Below, one piece after another: positions 45,980 through 55,845 of a stretch of 64,000 nt of DNA. This stretch comes from a virus (Duplodnaviria > Caudoviricetes), in IMG/VR virus record IMGVR_UViG_3300047375_000738. One strand, written 5' to 3'. Under the pieces are notes generated by a model. It worked only from the letters and a program-made list of their open reading frames with translations. It searched no databases and had not been told where the DNA came from. A program made the translations under genes and the position numbers. The first letter of the stretch is position 1. Every line of letters starts with the position of its first letter.

Positions 45980-47059
45980 TTAGAGGTCTGTGCCTTGCTC
46001 AACATCTTTTGTTGAGATAGTAGCAAGTTGTTTGAACAGAGGACCTGTCTCGACTATAATTTTATGTCTTTCAGCTCTTTTTGATCCATCATCTCTAACT
46101 TTTGCTGCACCATAACTATATCTAATCATAAACAAAAAATTCCTTTGCTGGCCGATTTCGTGTACATATAGTGTTGGTCTTCCACCTAATTTCAAACTAG
46201 TCTCTAAGTTTACATTAGCAAGATTTTTACGCATAGTTCTAATTGTTTGTGCAGTGTAATCGTTTTTACCTAAATTAACAATATAAACTCTTGGATCTTT
46301 CTTTGTAAGATGCTCATCCATAAATCCAGCAACATTTGTAATTAGTTGTATTTCTTTAGCAGGATCATCACCTGCTGTAAGTGCGTTCAAGTCATCACTA
46401 ACTTGCTTCATTATTGAAACAACATGTTCTGCCGGATTTTCTTCGTAGTTCTCAATCGGCTTTAGTGTGACGCCCATTTCTTTAAAGAACACTTGCATAT
46501 TTTCAAATGTTCTAGGCGATGCTTGTCCAATAAGATTACTTCCTGTTTTTAGACTCCAGCCTTTAATTGTACGTTCTGTGCCATCTTCTTTTTTGTAAAT
46601 TAAAAAGATGTCTGCTTTTGTACCTTTTTGATCTTCTTCACCTGCTGCTTTAACAACTATTCTATCTGGCTTTCCGTTTTCGTAAAAGATTTTACTCCAT
46701 TTTTTAGCATAGACATCACTGTTTGCAAATCTTACTGCACCATCAAGTTCGTCTGACATTACGCTAGTAAGTGCTTCAATATCTTTTGCATCTGCAATAT
46801 TTTTCTTATTACTAATAATATTTTTAAAAGCAATGCTATCGCCTTCGTCACTCATAAATGTTAGGCTTAGGTCTTTAGTTTTAGAAGTTCTACTTAATAC
46901 TGCTTTGACTTGCTCAGCTGTAACTTGTTCATCACCAATAATCATTTTTGCAACAACTGCACCGCCTAGCAAGTACTCTCCCATGTGTCCACGAGTTGAG
47001 CCGTGCTTTAATTTAGCTACTTTGGCTTCTGTAATATTTTTAAAATCACTGTAACGCAT
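45980..47059 (-). CDS. Possible head-packaged protein with PD-(D/E)xK nuclease-like motif
   Basis: N-terminal MRYSDFKNITE; KADIFL...GWSLKTG; AATAAATA upstream. Confidence 0.4.
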   Translation of the reverse strand: MRYSDFKNITEAKVAKLKHGSTRGHMGEYLLGGAVVAKMIIGDEQVTAEQVKAVLSRTSKTKDLSLTFMSDEGDSIAFKNIISNKKNIADAKDIEALTSVMSDELDGAVRFANSDVYAKKWSKIFYENGKPDRIVVKAAGEEDQKGTKADIFLIYKKEDGTERTIKGWSLKTGSNLIGQASPRTFENMQVFFKEMGVTLKPIENYEENPAEHVVSIMKQVSDDLNALTAGDDPAKEIQLITNVAGFMDEHLTKKDPRVYIVNLGKNDYTAQTIRTMRKNLANVNLETSLKLGGRPTLYVHEIGQQRNFLFMIRYSYGAAKVRDDGSKRAERHKIIVETGPLFKQLATISTKDVEQGTDL

Positions 47060-47082
47060 TTGTATATTCCTGTTTTATATAT

Positions 47083-47769
47083 TTATTCAATATCAGGGAA
47101 TAAACATTCTTGTACGAATACTCTTACGTCCTCTTCGTCAAGTCCTAAACTGGTCATTGTTTTAGGAGTATGTGGATTTTGTTTTTGGTAATGGGCATAA
47201 CGATTTTGTGCAGTCTTAACTTCATCTGTATCTGCCATATGATTGTGATTACCAATTTCAGTAAGATATGCATCAACACTATCTAAACTAAGTTCTAGTA
47301 GTTGATCAAGTTCTTCACGTTTGCTCACGTTACCTGCTGCTACCATATGTGGTGAGAAAATTGCTTGAGCCCACTCAGGTAGTTCACGTTCTTTGCGCCA
47401 TTCAAGTTTACCTACTTCGTCACCAAATGCTTCAATCATTGGATGATCAGCATCTACGGTTCTGCTGTAGTCGTGAAAGAATCCTGTAATTTTATTTTTA
47501 CCAGCAATAACATCTAAGCCAAAAACAGGACCGTTATTGTCTAGTCTAGGAAATACACAACAATGCATCATCCACAAGCCTTTGCTGTCACGTACATCAA
47601 CTACATCAATGTGTGCTCTGCGATAGCTGTCACTGCTCCATACTCTATTAAGCCAGCCTGGTTGATTGAATCTATCCATGCCAGGTTCTTGTATTTCTGT
47701 ACCTGTAGCATCAAATGCATCAATTAGTCTATCTTGTATTTCAATTAAGGTTTCCCAAACTTCACTCAT
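47083..47769 (-). CDS. pcyX: Ferredoxin-dependent bilin reductase (PcyA/PcyX type)
   Basis: RRAHIDVVD, MMHCCVFP, FGLDVIAG..KITGFFHD, YQKQNPHT; heme oxygenase nearby. Confidence 0.8.
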   Translation of the reverse strand: MSEVWETLIEIQDRLIDAFDATGTEIQEPGMDRFNQPGWLNRVWSSDSYRRAHIDVVDVRDSKGLWMMHCCVFPRLDNNGPVFGLDVIAGKNKITGFFHDYSRTVDADHPMIEAFGDEVGKLEWRKERELPEWAQAIFSPHMVAAGNVSKREELDQLLELSLDSVDAYLTEIGNHNHMADTDEVKTAQNRYAHYQKQNPHTPKTMTSLGLDEEDVRVFVQECLFPDIE

Positions 47770-48947
47770 GTTCTCTCCGTTTCAATAAATTTATTCTCTG
47801 GCAGCGATCCCCAATTGTAATATACTAAATGGTCAACGCCGATTTTTTTAGGTTGTTCGTATGCCTCTGACATAAACAAAAGCAAGTTTAATTTTTCGTC
47901 ATTGGCTGTATAATTAATTTGTGATCGTAGTTGTTTCTGTTCTTCGTTGTATGATGATACTAATAGTTCGTAGTTGTGAACTATATCTTGATTGATCTGA
48001 TCAAACGGTAATGTATTCCAATTATCTTTAAGCCAGGTTATGTTTCTATATATAGTATCATATCTTTGTAATGTATTGTAAATGTGGTCGTATTTTTCTG
48101 GGAAGTATTTTTCAAACGTTCTATAGCCCTGCTTACTTAGGCATTCTAGCATCCGCGGCTCGGCAAACATTATAAACGGATGATGATTTAGTATTGCTCT
48201 CCATGTTTTTTCAGTGATCCAATTGCTACCAGTTTCAGGGCAACTATTTGATTCTGATATGAAACTAAAAGATGTATTTTCATACAGCGTGTGATCAAAC
48301 GGAACTCCGTCGTGATGGAAAGCGCCTCCGGCCTTAACGTGAGATATTTGATCTGGGTTCCGAGCATGTCTTTTTAAAAACTTCGCTACAAACTTTTTAC
48401 TTCGAATGGGTTCCTGGGCGTCTCTATTAGCCTTATGTACTACATCGGTTATAGCATCAACTTGACTATTGACATAGTGCAAACTCCATTCCATGTCGTT
48501 TGTATTTAATATTTCCAGTTCTTTAAATTGTATTAATGGCATGATCCTATTTAACTTGTCTGATTTACCTGATAGAAACAAGCCTCTAAATTTATCTCTA
48601 TTCCACTTGGTGGAGAATTTTTGATCTTGATGGTCAACACTGTGTAAAATTTTATGCTTGAAGAATGCATATGGTATTACGTATGGGTGATGAAATTTAG
48701 TATCTTGTAATTGTGCTAAGTTGCAAAAATGAAAATGCAAATAGTTTTCCTGCGTACAGTATCTATGAATATACTGAACGTGTTGCTGTAATAGACCGGA
48801 TGGGTACAATTCCCAAAGCGACGATGTTATAACTGTTATTTGATATTCTTTGAAGGTTTCAAAAAATTCCTTCATGTGTTCGACTGTGTTCTGGGCATTG
48901 TTAGCATCATCAACAGGAATATTAAAAAATGCAAATAACCTTTTCAC
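47766..48947 (-). CDS. Hypothetical protein (glycosyltransferase-like C-terminus)
   Basis: ISES...ITEKTWRAILNHHPFI...GYRTFE motif. Confidence 0.5.
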   Translation of the reverse strand: MKRLFAFFNIPVDDANNAQNTVEHMKEFFETFKEYQITVITSSLWELYPSGLLQQHVQYIHRYCTQENYLHFHFCNLAQLQDTKFHHPYVIPYAFFKHKILHSVDHQDQKFSTKWNRDKFRGLFLSGKSDKLNRIMPLIQFKELEILNTNDMEWSLHYVNSQVDAITDVVHKANRDAQEPIRSKKFVAKFLKRHARNPDQISHVKAGGAFHHDGVPFDHTLYENTSFSFISESNSCPETGSNWITEKTWRAILNHHPFIMFAEPRMLECLSKQGYRTFEKYFPEKYDHIYNTLQRYDTIYRNITWLKDNWNTLPFDQINQDIVHNYELLVSSYNEEQKQLRSQINYTANDEKLNLLLFMSEAYEQPKKIGVDHLVYYNWGSLPENKFIETERT

Positions 48948-49483
48948 TCACTCTCCAACTCCTCAAATAATTGCATAGCAAATTGAAAACAAATATTTGC
49001 TTCTTCGGCCATGTCGTCGTGTAACATCGATCTCACTGTAGTTTTTAGTTCTTCTACATTTTCAAAATCATACATTGTGCCAGAGCCAGGATTACGTTTG
49101 CGAATCATTTGTCCGCCGTACATATCACCAAAGTGTCTAACATAAAGATGTGCTAGAAATTCGTCCCTGTGTTCCATGTGCATTACATAATCTGTGTAGT
49201 CTGCTACAACTTGACAAAGTTGCAGTTCTTTACGATCAATATCAAACTCTTCTTCTAGTTCGGTCATATCCGCATGGATATTATTTGCTCTAGCAAGGTG
49301 TTCAATGCCTTCTAATGCACCGTGTCTGCCGGCTTGTGCTTCTAGTACTGCATACAATGCCCATTGATTGTAAAGGTAAGTATGGTATTCTTCTGGTTTC
49401 ATGCCCTTCAATAACTTGCGGGCATGTTCTGTTCTTTCTGCTTTACTATGGTTTTCCCATGTAAGTTCTTTAAGTTTGCTCAT
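48944..49483 (-). CDS. hemO: Heme oxygenase (HemO/Ho1)
   Basis: LKELTWENHSKAE; AHLYVRHFGDMYGGQMI. Confidence 0.92.
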   Translation of the reverse strand: MSKLKELTWENHSKAERTEHARKLLKGMKPEEYHTYLYNQWALYAVLEAQAGRHGALEGIEHLARANNIHADMTELEEEFDIDRKELQLCQVVADYTDYVMHMEHRDEFLAHLYVRHFGDMYGGQMIRKRNPGSGTMYDFENVEELKTTVRSMLHDDMAEEANICFQFAMQLFEELESE

Positions 49484-49782
49484 TTGTCCTCTTCAATTTT
49501 GATACGCAATGGAAATTTATTTTCCTTGCAAATACTTTGTGCTTCTAATGCCTTCTGTTCTGCTATTTCGTAGTTATACGTACCAACTATACCTGAACCT
49601 TCTTCGTGAATTTTGTTAGTAATTTCCATTGCTGTATGTTCATTATGATGAAAAATGTTTACTAACAATGCAATTACAAAGTCCATTGGTGTCTTGTCAT
49701 CATTAAGAAAGATCACATGATACAAACTAGGCTCTTTAATTTTAATTTTGATTTTTTCATCTAATACTACATCAGTACTCAT
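49480..49782 (-). CDS. clpS: Clp protease adaptor ClpS
   Basis: YHVIFLNDDKTPMDFVI...IHEEG...YEIAEQK. Confidence 0.93.
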   Translation of the reverse strand: MSTDVVLDEKIKIKIKEPSLYHVIFLNDDKTPMDFVIALLVNIFHHNEHTAMEITNKIHEEGSGIVGTYNYEIAEQKALEAQSICKENKFPLRIKIEEDK

Positions 49783-49789
49783 ATTATTC

Positions 49790-49825
49790 TCCTAGTAAAA
49801 TGGGGGGATATTACTCCCCCCTAGA
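49790..49825 (-). terminator. Probable terminator after hsp20
   Basis: GGGGGGAGTAATATCCCCCC followed by ATTTT. Confidence 0.55.
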
Positions 49826-49828
49826 CTG

Positions 49829-50275
49829 TTAACCTTCAATTGCATCAAAGTTTTTGATAGAAATTTTCTTTGGTTTCTGTGCTTCTGGCACATTGCGCAC
49901 CAAATGAATGTTAAGCATACCTAATTCAAGTCCAGCTTGTTCTACTTCGATATGCTCTGCTAGAGTAAACTCTCTACGGAAGTTACGTCCGCCAATACCT
50001 TTATGTAGGTAATTAACGTCTTCGCCTCCTGGAGGAGTAGTACCTTCAATTGTAAGGACATTCTTTTCTAGTGTAATATCCAAATTGTCCATACCAAAGC
50101 CAGCAACTGCCAACGAGATCATATACTCGTCTTCGTCGATTTCTACTACATTGTATGGTGGATAACCTTGTGATTTACTGTTTGCAAACTCTTTGTTGAG
50201 TTGGTTAAACATTCTATCAAAGCCAATAGTTGCTCTGTGAAATTCAGGTAGGTTTAGTGTTGTTAATCTTGTCAT
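49829..50275 (-). CDS. ibpA: Small heat-shock protein Hsp20 (IbpA family); true start MTRLTTL
   Basis: TIGFDRMF, YPPYNV, LAVAGF, YLHKGIGGRNFRREF, GML. Confidence 0.95.
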   Translation of the reverse strand: MTRLTTLNLPEFHRATIGFDRMFNQLNKEFANSKSQGYPPYNVVEIDEDEYMISLAVAGFGMDNLDITLEKNVLTIEGTTPPGGEDVNYLHKGIGGRNFRREFTLAEHIEVEQAGLELGMLNIHLVRNVPEAQKPKKISIKNFDAIEG

Positions 50276-50323
50276 TTGTTTCTCCTTATAAAGCAAGAAT
50301 TATATTGAGCCCTTTCGGCGCTC
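50276..50323 (-). promoter_or_regulatory. ROSE-like RNA thermometer
   Basis: UUCUUGCUU-UAU-AAGGAGAA hairpin (UUGCU opposite the SD), preceded by hairpin GAGCGCCGAAAGGGCUC. Confidence 0.7.
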
Positions 50324-50327
50324 ATGT

Positions 50328-51488
50328 TTATTTACCAATTGTCGATCCTTCATAGACCGGATTGTGTGTTTGTGTGCAACGAATAAATGTTGTACACTTT
50401 GCTAGTTGTTTTAGTTTCATTGCACCTGCATAGGTACATGTACTACGCACACCTCCGAGGATCTCTTGTACCGTTCTGGCTACTTCTCCTCTATAAGGCA
50501 CTAACACTGTGCGTCCTTCTGATGAACGATAGTTTTTCAATCCACCAAAATGCTTGTCGTTTGCACTTTCGCTACTCATACCGTAGAATTGCACAAAATG
50601 TTTTTCTTCATAAACAGATTCAAAGAATCCGTCATCTGTTTTAGTTACTTCATTGGTTTCGTAAGTCTTAGTGATTATCTCACCACCGCCTTCATTGTGC
50701 CCAGCAAGCATGCCACCAAGCATAACAAAATCTGCGCCGGCAGCAAAGGCCTTAGCGACATCTCCAGGGCAAGTACACCCACCGTCAGCAATAATGTGAC
50801 CACCAAGTCCGTGTGCTGCATCAGCGCACTCGATGACTGCAGATAGTTGCGGATATCCCACACCAGTTTGAATCCTAGTAGTGCAAACAGACCCGGGACC
50901 AATGCCCACTTTAACAATATCAGCTCCTGCAAGGATAAGTTCCTCCGTCATTTCTCTAGTTACTACGTTACCAGCAATGATTACCAAGTCTGGAAACTCT
51001 GTACGTACTTTGCGAACGTGTGCTGCAAAATGATCGCTGTAACCATTAGCAATATCTATACATACATATTTAAGTTTATGTTCAACTTCTTTCTTTACTT
51101 GCAATAGTTTGTTGTAATCACTATCACCTGTGCCAATACTCATGGCTACATTTTCGGTGCGTTCTATAGAATCGCCATCTAAGTCTGCACCATTGAAGTA
51201 CTCAATTAAATATTCTGCACTGTATGTCTTAACCAAACAAGTAAACATTTCGCCTTCAGCAAGTTTGTCCGCCATGCGCATTGTACCAACACCGTCCATA
51301 TTACTTGCCATTATTGGAATACCTTCGTAGTGATATTCATCAGGTAATGGTGTTGCAATGTCGTGATCGTAATGCCTAAATTGGAACTTACGATTAAGTT
51401 TAACTTGACTACGACTTTTAAGTGTACTACGCTTAGGACGGATCAACACATCCTTGTAGTCTAATTTAATATCTTCTTCAATTCTCAT
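50328..51488 (-). CDS. guaC: GMP reductase
   Basis: [46 protein letters not shown]. Confidence 0.95.
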   Translation of the reverse strand: MRIEEDIKLDYKDVLIRPKRSTLKSRSQVKLNRKFQFRHYDHDIATPLPDEYHYEGIPIMASNMDGVGTMRMADKLAEGEMFTCLVKTYSAEYLIEYFNGADLDGDSIERTENVAMSIGTGDSDYNKLLQVKKEVEHKLKYVCIDIANGYSDHFAAHVRKVRTEFPDLVIIAGNVVTREMTEELILAGADIVKVGIGPGSVCTTRIQTGVGYPQLSAVIECADAAHGLGGHIIADGGCTCPGDVAKAFAAGADFVMLGGMLAGHNEGGGEIITKTYETNEVTKTDDGFFESVYEEKHFVQFYGMSSESANDKHFGGLKNYRSSEGRTVLVPYRGEVARTVQEILGGVRSTCTYAGAMKLKQLAKCTTFIRCTQTHNPVYEGSTIGK

Positions 51489-52161
51489 TTATTCTCCTAT
51501 ACAGTTCATCAGCCCACAGGCTGTAACCGTTAGCGTTTGGATGACCATCCTTACTAAAGTACTTTAAGTTTACACGATCTTTTGCTGTTTGTCTACCATA
51601 TTTTTTATGTACATAACTTAAAGATTCATCTACTTCTCCGCACCGATTTCTGTCACCATCTAAAAAACTGCGCATAGTTGTGTTAGTAATTATTTTATCT
51701 TTGTTTAACAACGAATAAACAGTTTCACTGTTGTCAAAATTATATGTGCCGTCAATACGTTTAAGATCATCAAAGCTAACAAATGCCAAACAGTCTATGT
51801 TGTTATTCATACAATAGGTTTGCCAACTATGTAGCATTACCATTGATTGATACTGAACTGCTTCGTCACTATAATACTTTAGCATAAAGTTTGAATCAAA
51901 CTTGTCATTGCTTATAGTTTGAAACTTACTATTGATTAGTCGACTAAAGGCTGTTAGGCCCCATACTGCTATGCTGTCTTTATGAATTGGCTGTTTTAAA
52001 AAACTAAGATACTGTAACCAATTACTATCACCTTGTCCGCCAAGGTTAGTATATTCGCATCCTAGTTTATCTGCTAATCTGCCTACCCATCCGCCTAAAC
52101 GAAATTCATCGTCAGTGCCTTCAGTCCAACTACATCCTAATGCATAAAGGTGTGTTACCAC
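51478..52161 (-). CDS. SGNH-like protein
   Basis: [27 protein letters not shown]. Confidence 0.65.
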   Translation of the reverse strand: MVTHLYALGCSWTEGTDDEFRLGGWVGRLADKLGCEYTNLGGQGDSNWLQYLSFLKQPIHKDSIAVWGLTAFSRLINSKFQTISNDKFDSNFMLKYYSDEAVQYQSMVMLHSWQTYCMNNNIDCLAFVSFDDLKRIDGTYNFDNSETVYSLLNKDKIITNTTMRSFLDGDRNRCGEVDESLSYVHKKYGRQTAKDRVNLKYFSKDGHPNANGYSLWADELYRRINEN

Positions 52162-52394
52162 TGATCCTGAGCTTTTGCACGTAGTCTCTTATAACGTCGA
52201 ATAGCGGCTTCTTTTTCCTTGCGGCGCTTTGTACCTCTTGATTCATAGTACTCACGTTTACGCAATTCTTGTAGTAGTCCGTCATCAGATACTTTCTTTT
52301 TAAATTTGCGTAATGCCTTTGTAAAGTCGCCGTTGTGTACTACAACATGCAATCCTCTAAGTTCTTCGTCACGTTTCTTTTTGTTAAATTTCAT
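52155..52394 (-). CDS. rpsU: 30S ribosomal protein S21
   Basis: VVVHNGDFTKALRKFKKKV...LQELRKREYYE..GTKRR. Confidence 0.9.
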   Translation of the reverse strand: MKFNKKKRDEELRGLHVVVHNGDFTKALRKFKKKVSDDGLLQELRKREYYESRGTKRRKEKEAAIRRYKRLRAKAQDQW

Positions 52395-52776
52395 CTAATC
52401 CTCGTTTGATGTAGTGTTCTAAATATTGCAAGTCGTATATACGATTCGCACTAAGTTTATTATACGGGGTGATCCCGTCATTTGTCAAGTAAAAAGTGTT
52501 AGGTTGCGAAATAATCCAACCTGCTATATTTTTTGTTACAGGTGTACAAAAATCAAGATCGATAATTATCATGTTAACTTTTTTAACATGGTCGATCATC
52601 CAATCTATTTCTAAATCATCTTGGTGATCATACAAATAGATATTCACAGGAGCGCTGGTATGCGATAATAAATCGCTTACTGCATCTCTAATTTCTTGTT
52701 GTGGATATACTAACATAATGCTATAAACATCGTTATTAATACTATCGGGGGGAGTTATTAAAGTAATATCACTCAT
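52384..52776 (-). CDS. Hypothetical protein (start reassigned to MSDITLITPPD)
   Basis: Internal ATG after the upstream stop. Confidence 0.65.
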   Translation of the reverse strand: MSDITLITPPDSINNDVYSIMLVYPQQEIRDAVSDLLSHTSAPVNIYLYDHQDDLEIDWMIDHVKKVNMIIIDLDFCTPVTKNIAGWIISQPNTFYLTNDGITPYNKLSANRIYDLQYLEHYIKRGLDEI

Positions 52777-54895
52777 TGCGTTTTTGTAGTTTACTCCAAA
52801 GGCTTGATTCGTCTTGTTCATTGTTTTGAACATAAGGCTCCTGATGCCATGGCAAATCTTCATCCTTACCTTTTATATATCTGTCTTTATAGTACTTGAT
52901 ATTCTGTTCTGGATGGTCTGTTTTCCATGCTTTCTTTGCTGCCTTGTAGTCTTCATCGCCCTCGAGTGTTTCTACAAAATTACTACGTTTTAATTGTTCT
53001 CTATCCAGCCCTTCGGCAGGCATTCCTCTTTGTTGTCCGGCTCCAGCTGTGTTACGCAACTCGGTAGTGGAGTTGGATTCTTCTCCGGTGTCTTCTGTGT
53101 TTCTATTGATAAAGGTTTCTCCATCTCCGGTTTTATCTGAACTAGTGTGGTGTGCATATTTAACATGCTTATTATCATCGACTGAATTGTCATTTTTATT
53201 CTCCTTGCTAGTGCGGCGCATTTCAAATGTTGCCTGACTAGCTATCAGCAATAAGACTGCAAGTGGATCAAATACAAATATGATTGTAATAATAACCCAA
53301 CGAACAGCTTCTTCTAATATATCTTGATCAGTTTCTCCGTATATAAATTCTGCAAGATATTTTATCGGTCCTACTTCTGCTTCTAATTTTCTGTATTCTG
53401 CTTGTAGAGTATACTTGTCTTCAGTTAAACTGTCAATAGTATTATTTGCTTCTACAATCTTGTTTTCCTGTGTATCTATAACAGCTTCGATATCTGCATC
53501 TTTTCCTATAGTGATAGTATCACGTAATCTTTGGATAAGAGTATTACTTGCGGCAATTTGTGCGTCTGCACTTGCTCTAAGGTCTTTAATTGCTTGTCTT
53601 GCTGTGTTGATACGAGGATCATCTGCTTGTCTTAAGGCAGTAATTGCGTCTTGTGCAGTTTGCCTTGCTTTTCTGTTTGCAGGAATGTCTATGTCTAAGA
53701 CTGTGTCTATCTTTGTCTGTATATTTGCTCGCATTAATTTTGCTTCGTCAACAGCGCCACTTCGGATACTGTCAACTGCATTTAACAAAGATTGTTTACG
53801 TTGTAAAACATTGTCGGTCTGTGTGCCACGCAGATCTTTTACTAGATCTGTTAGTCGTGTTCTTTCGGCATCTAAGGTGCCTTGTGCCTGTGTTCTTAAT
53901 TGTACTGCTTGTGTTTGTAATGTGCTTATACGTGATTGCTGTGCGTCTACCCATTTGGCAAGAGCAGTTCTTGTGTTGCTACCAAACAAACCGTCACTGG
54001 TAACACCTATAACAGCCTGTCCTTCTTGTATCTTAGCACGTTCAGTACTTTGTAATTTATTAGTTGTAACTACAATTGCATTTTCTATGTCTGCAATTTG
54101 TTGTTGCAATGCTTCAATCGCACTGTTGTCAATGCTTACTTCGCTTATGCGTTGTTCATATTCATTTGCTTGTGTGTTGATGCGTTCTAAGTCTGCATCT
54201 AGTTGTGCAATCTGATCACTGTATGGTTGTACTTGCGCTTCAATACTTGCTACACTTGTACCAGCAAGTTCGGTTCTGTAGCTTTCTACTACACTATTTA
54301 AACGCTGTAAATCAGCATCCAAACTAACTAGCTCTTCTTCATACACATTCACTTGATCTTCAAGTGCTTGTAATTGTGTTTGAATTATTGTATTCTGTTC
54401 ATCAATAGCAGGCTGTATACGTTCGTAGGCTGTATCAATTCTGCCTTGCTCTTTATCAATTTGATCTTGTACTGCATTATTACCAGCGCCTACACTTGCT
54501 TCTGCTTCTACAATACGTTCTCTTGCACGAACAATAACTGCATCTTGTCGAACAAGCTCTTGTTCAATGCGTTCAATTTGTGCAATGCCTTCGTTGGCTG
54601 CACTAGTTTGTTCAATATGTGCTTTACTTAGAAAGCCAAAAATACCCATGCTTGTAATAAACATCAATACAACCACAGCAATAGCTAGATAGTATTTTAG
54701 CCACCAACGTGCTTTGTGCCAATACTTGTGCAACCACACTGCTGTAACTAACTTGCCTATTTCTAAAGCACCGCCCATAATAACAATGGGTAGGGCAGCG
54801 GCGGCAAAAATTGCCACTAGTCCGCTGACCGAATAATATATTGCAACGGCACTAATACATAGTGCAGTTATTAAAACTAGTAAACCTAAAATCAT
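52769..54895 (-). CDS. Membrane-anchored long coiled-coil protein with internal peptidoglycan-binding-like motif
   Basis: N- and C-terminal TMs, ~480-aa coiled coil, QAVIGVTSDGLFGSNTRTAL. Confidence 0.7.
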   Translation of the reverse strand: MILGLLVLITALCISAVAIYYSVSGLVAIFAAAALPIVIMGGALEIGKLVTAVWLHKYWHKARWWLKYYLAIAVVVLMFITSMGIFGFLSKAHIEQTSAANEGIAQIERIEQELVRQDAVIVRARERIVEAEASVGAGNNAVQDQIDKEQGRIDTAYERIQPAIDEQNTIIQTQLQALEDQVNVYEEELVSLDADLQRLNSVVESYRTELAGTSVASIEAQVQPYSDQIAQLDADLERINTQANEYEQRISEVSIDNSAIEALQQQIADIENAIVVTTNKLQSTERAKIQEGQAVIGVTSDGLFGSNTRTALAKWVDAQQSRISTLQTQAVQLRTQAQGTLDAERTRLTDLVKDLRGTQTDNVLQRKQSLLNAVDSIRSGAVDEAKLMRANIQTKIDTVLDIDIPANRKARQTAQDAITALRQADDPRINTARQAIKDLRASADAQIAASNTLIQRLRDTITIGKDADIEAVIDTQENKIVEANNTIDSLTEDKYTLQAEYRKLEAEVGPIKYLAEFIYGETDQDILEEAVRWVIITIIFVFDPLAVLLLIASQATFEMRRTSKENKNDNSVDDNKHVKYAHHTSSDKTGDGETFINRNTEDTGEESNSTTELRNTAGAGQQRGMPAEGLDREQLKRSNFVETLEGDEDYKAAKKAWKTDHPEQNIKYYKDRYIKGKDEDLPWHQEPYVQNNEQDESSLWSKLQKRNE

Positions 54896-54910
54896 CGTGT
54901 AGTATTTAGC

Positions 54911-55402
54911 CTATTCCCACCTATAGAATATATGCGCACCTATTCTTCCGACTAGTTGTAGTGTCTTAGCCCAACGTGGATTAACATATGTAGCGTGATA
55001 ATGCGTAGAGCCTTCCGTAATGCCGCGATATTTGTTTTCTTCAACCATATTCCAAGCAATACTTTGTGCTTCTACCCAACGATCTTCGTCTTGTGGCCTG
55101 TCATGTTTTCCGTCACAGTACCAACTGAATTGACACTTGTTACGTAGCATATTTCCGTTAGCATCTTGTAATCCTTGCTTGACTACACCACAAACTGTAT
55201 CTGGATAACGTGTATCATTTACACGATTCAGCACTACGTCTGCTACTGCTGCCTTGTCTGCTAGGTTGCTTCCTCTTGCTTCATAGTATACATTCAGTGC
55301 CATACACTGCACTTGTGGAAATAGTTTTTCCAATTCAAAGTTTTGAGCCGATGCTGGACCGGTCACGAAAAGTAGCATTACTGCTGTAATAAAATGTTTC
55401 AT
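54911..55402 (-). CDS. Cell wall hydrolase (SleB/Hydrolase_2)
   Basis: CMALNVYYEARG, VLNRV, CGVVKQ, QFSW, THYHA..V.PRW, IGAHIFY. Confidence 0.93.
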   Translation of the reverse strand: MKHFITAVMLLFVTGPASAQNFELEKLFPQVQCMALNVYYEARGSNLADKAAVADVVLNRVNDTRYPDTVCGVVKQGLQDANGNMLRNKCQFSWYCDGKHDRPQDEDRWVEAQSIAWNMVEENKYRGITEGSTHYHATYVNPRWAKTLQLVGRIGAHIFYRWE

Positions 55403-55426
55403 ATTTCTACCTCAATGATTGTTTTG

Positions 55427-55780
55427 TTATCTACGCATACTTGAGATGTCTTTTGCATCTTCTTTTCTGTCTGCGAATACTGGTACCATATTACTCTTAT
55501 GCATTGTTGCAATACCAAGCAACTGACGTTCGCCTGAATATACCATAGACTCCTTTGCTGGACCATGTCCTGCAATCTTGTTGCCTAGTGGTACTGTGTC
55601 ACGTGTTTTGTAATCTGGTATTTCGTTGGTGTGTTGTGCTGTACTTTTGCCTACACCCATCTTTACAAGCCACTGCTCGTGTTCAGCTTGTGCTTTTTGT
55701 AGCTTCTTACTCTTGCTTTGTTTCTGTTTACGATTGTAACGAGTGGTGGTCATATAAGGACCAACTAGTGACATTGTCAT
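55427..55780 (-). CDS. Conserved T4-like hypothetical protein
   Basis: GIATMHKSNMVPVF motif; promoter 55814-55842. Confidence 0.65.
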   Translation of the reverse strand: MTMSLVGPYMTTTRYNRKQKQSKSKKLQKAQAEHEQWLVKMGVGKSTAQHTNEIPDYKTRDTVPLGNKIAGHGPAKESMVYSGERQLLGIATMHKSNMVPVFADRKEDAKDISSMRR

Positions 55781-55781
55781 A

Positions 55782-55842
55782 AAAAAACTCCTGCTAATGT
55801 TTCTACTCTAAGTAATATAGCAGGAGTTTAGTTGAATGTCAA
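55782..55842 (-). terminator. Terminator hairpin overlapping a sigma70 promoter
   Basis: AAACTCCTGCTA...TAGCAGGAGTTT plus T tract; the 5' arm overlaps the -10 of TTGACA-N17-TATATT. Confidence 0.65.
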
Positions 55843-55845
55843 CCT

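Noticed and set aside
49829-50296. ORF-track starts upstream of the real starts (hsp20, and similarly 24453, 32867, 34153, 44146, 52863, 61164, 63022)
   Set aside because: The extensions run through the RBS, promoter or neighbouring genes; downstream ATGs have an SD or fit family N-termini.
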